Positions 61,971-64,000 of a stretch of 64,000 nucleotides of DNA are shown here, piece by piece; position 1 is the first letter of the stretch, and the number at the start of each line of letters is the position of its first letter. The stretch comes from Microbotryum violaceum (lineage: Eukaryota). The stretch covers positions 1,736,001-1,800,000 of the forward strand of contig CDLV01000006.1 in the NCBI GenBank assembly GCA_001244265.2. Direction: 5' to 3'. Below the pieces are notes generated by a model that searched no databases, had not been told where the DNA came from, and saw nothing but the letters and a program-made list of their open reading frames with translations. The translations under genes and the position numbers were made by a program.

Positions 61971-62788
61971 CGGAAACCGTTGGGCGTTAGTCGGAGGTGA
62001 GGCACTTGTCAAGGCTTTGGTTCTGTCGCCTAGGAACTCACCCTTCGCGTATTGACTGCATCTAGGCTTGTCCATCCACGACGGACTTCAAGTCGGCGTT
62101 CCCCGTGAGATACTCTGATGTGGGTCGCATCGGCACGCGTCCCACCCCTTCATTTGCAGACACTGAGCTACCTCATCTCACTCACTAACTAACTTGTCTC
62201 TCCTTCCCGTGGGCTCCATGCCTGGCGACAGCATTCTCAACCTCGCGCGCACGCACCTTCCGCTGACTCCCACTGCACCCCCTCCCCGACTAGATCCCAA
62301 AGGCCACTTCTCCGAGGAATACGATGATCGAACCGGTGGACAAGGTTCGAGCAAGATGCATATGAAAGTTGACGGTGCTTTTGCTAGGAAGAATGGTGCG
62401 GTTCGAGTGGCGAGGCGGGGGAGATATCTTCAGGGTTGAGGAAGTTGCGTTCGTGCGGGTCAGGGGAACTTTTGGTTGGATCGGGGGGGATGCTGATGAT
62501 GAGCGTTTCGCTGGTTGTATTAAAGAACTGAGATTTTCTCTACGAACACTTCCGGAAAAGTGCAGCCAGCCCCTCGCGCAGACGAGCTTGATGATGAGCG
62601 AGTTGAGTGCGGTTATCTTTCCACCTCATATCCGCAAAACTGACACAGTTGCTCAACTCAATTGCAACAGCCCTACCCTTCTCAAATCGTCTTCCCGACC
62701 AAGAGCTCGCAAGGCAGCGCTTCAAAACCGAAGGCGTCAAGTCTTTCCGTCTTTGCCTACGGCCGGAGGAAGGGGTCCCAACACCAGC
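61971..62788 (+). pseudogene. Degenerate inverted partial duplicate of the JmjC gene
   Basis: Aligns by eye to the reverse complement of ~56898-57759, introns included (e.g. PKGHFSEEYDDRTGGQGSSKMHM versus PKGYFSEESDDRPGGQGSTKLHM). Contains indels and stops. Confidence 0.88.
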
Positions 62789-63922
62789 TAGGTCAGTCCT
62801 ACGAACAAGGGATGGGGTGTGGCAGACGCCACACTGCGCATGTCTGTCTGCTCTGTGTTGTACAATGGATATTCTGGCCAGCAGATATTGTTATAGGAAA
62901 TGCATCTATGCAATCGTCAGATGCGAGGGTAATACAAGGTGGAGGAACAACTCTTTGACAATCACACGGACGACACTCAAGATGAATTGGAAGGCATGGG
63001 AGACGGCCGACGCGATTTGAGAACTAAAACGTCCTCTGCCGCAGCCCTACATGCGAGCCTCACTGTCTTCTCATAGGGTAAATCATTTTGAAGCCCATTT
63101 GGCTGTCGAGGAAGATGTTGCTTATTCTCTCAACAAGCCTTGTGCCCTCTTGCACGCCTGGTTCTTCGATACTAATTTCACTCAGTCGGCAACAGATGGG
63201 CCACTGCAACTGCCAGATGTCCTCCTCGACGTCTGGCACAAGGCGCCCGCAATGCCAGTGATTCGGGGCTCTTGGCGAAAGTTTTGAAGTTACCGGGGTT
63301 TTCGCCTCATAACTATCGTATTGACCTCGCCGCCAAGTAATGTTGGAAATCGCTCTTCTACCCGAGGTATCTCGGCGGGCTTGGTCTAAGACCTTTTCGG
63401 AGCGGACGGGGTGGGAAGGGTGGGGGGTGGGGAGGGGGGGACGCACCTCTGGCTATATATAAGCATGCTAAAAAGTGGCGCGCGCCGCGCGCCTCCGACC
63501 CTCGCTTCCGCGCGACGTAGCCATACATGTTGCCCCCCCCTGCAACCCGGGTTGCTGGATGGCCCGAGGACTAGCGCAACACGGAGGCTGGTGTGGCCTT
63601 CAACACGTTCATCTCAGGTACGTGCGAGCTCGTATCGGGGTAATCCAACCTTATAAATGCTGCCATTGCGTATAGTGTCCCTCACTTTTGCATGAATGCG
63701 CCTACTTGCCAAGTTACAGAGAACCACCCCAAAATGGCCCTGAAATTTCGGAGGGCAACTGGGCCAAGCGCGCTGATAACTCGTAAGCCCCTCCCAGAGG
63801 GAGGGCTTAGTTGAGCTTACTCAGTACTCGTACTCAGTGCCGCGCTCCGCGTCAGACCGCGTCCACTCGAAGCACCGTCCTGGTTCTCTACTCTCCGCCT
63901 CAAAAGCTCCTTTACATCCGCC

Positions 63923-64000
63923 ATGGCACCTTCCAAAGGAGAACTCAAGGCGCTCATTCTGGTCGGGTAAGTGCAGTTGCCTCCTCCGTTTGTGGGATCC
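63923..64000 (+). CDS. First exon of a probable mannose-1-phosphate guanylyltransferase, catalytic beta (PSA1/GMPPB) type; runs off the window
   Basis: ATG 63923 MAPSKGELKALILVG followed by a GTAAGT donor. Resembles the MKALILVGG start of Psa1/GMPPB. Only 15 codons are visible. Confidence 0.6.

Noticed and set aside
62800-63450. Short ORFs after the JmjC duplicate
   Set aside because: Possibly a decayed gene, but no identifiable family.
63784-63809. Hairpin TAAGCCCCTCCC-AGA-GGGAGGGCTTA, and another near 28267-28306
   Set aside because: Isolated short stems with no supporting context; no function can be assigned.

Overview
Intron-rich, GC-rich fungal genomic DNA. Short GT-AG introns with CTRAC branch sites and the gene content point to a basidiomycete, probably Microbotryomycetes; the taxon is inferred. 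Recognisable host genes: CPA2, ERV2, GGPP synthase, mitochondrial-type Ohr, COX20, Ste7/Fuz7 MAPKK, MRPL4, a class-III aminotransferase, a CAP10/GT90 glycosyltransferase, GDP-mannose pyrophosphorylase alpha-type, acetyl-CoA transporter, DUF427, a JmjC demethylase, and the first exon of a probable beta-type GDP-mannose pyrophosphorylase at the right edge. Positions 9422-27752 form an 18.3-kb nested transposon island. A small element with 24-bp inverted termini encloses a CACTA element, two solo LTRs, two kinds of Helitron relic and a LINE, and it appears to split an older ORF. The most interesting host-gene signal is a possible glycan-building neighbourhood at 45-64 kb (GT90, both GMPP subunit types, acetyl-CoA transporter). 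Also notable: an inverted degenerate JmjC duplicate, a LINE-disrupted kinase-like pseudogene and a long structured intron. Gene coordinates are start-to-stop spans including introns, assembled by eye.
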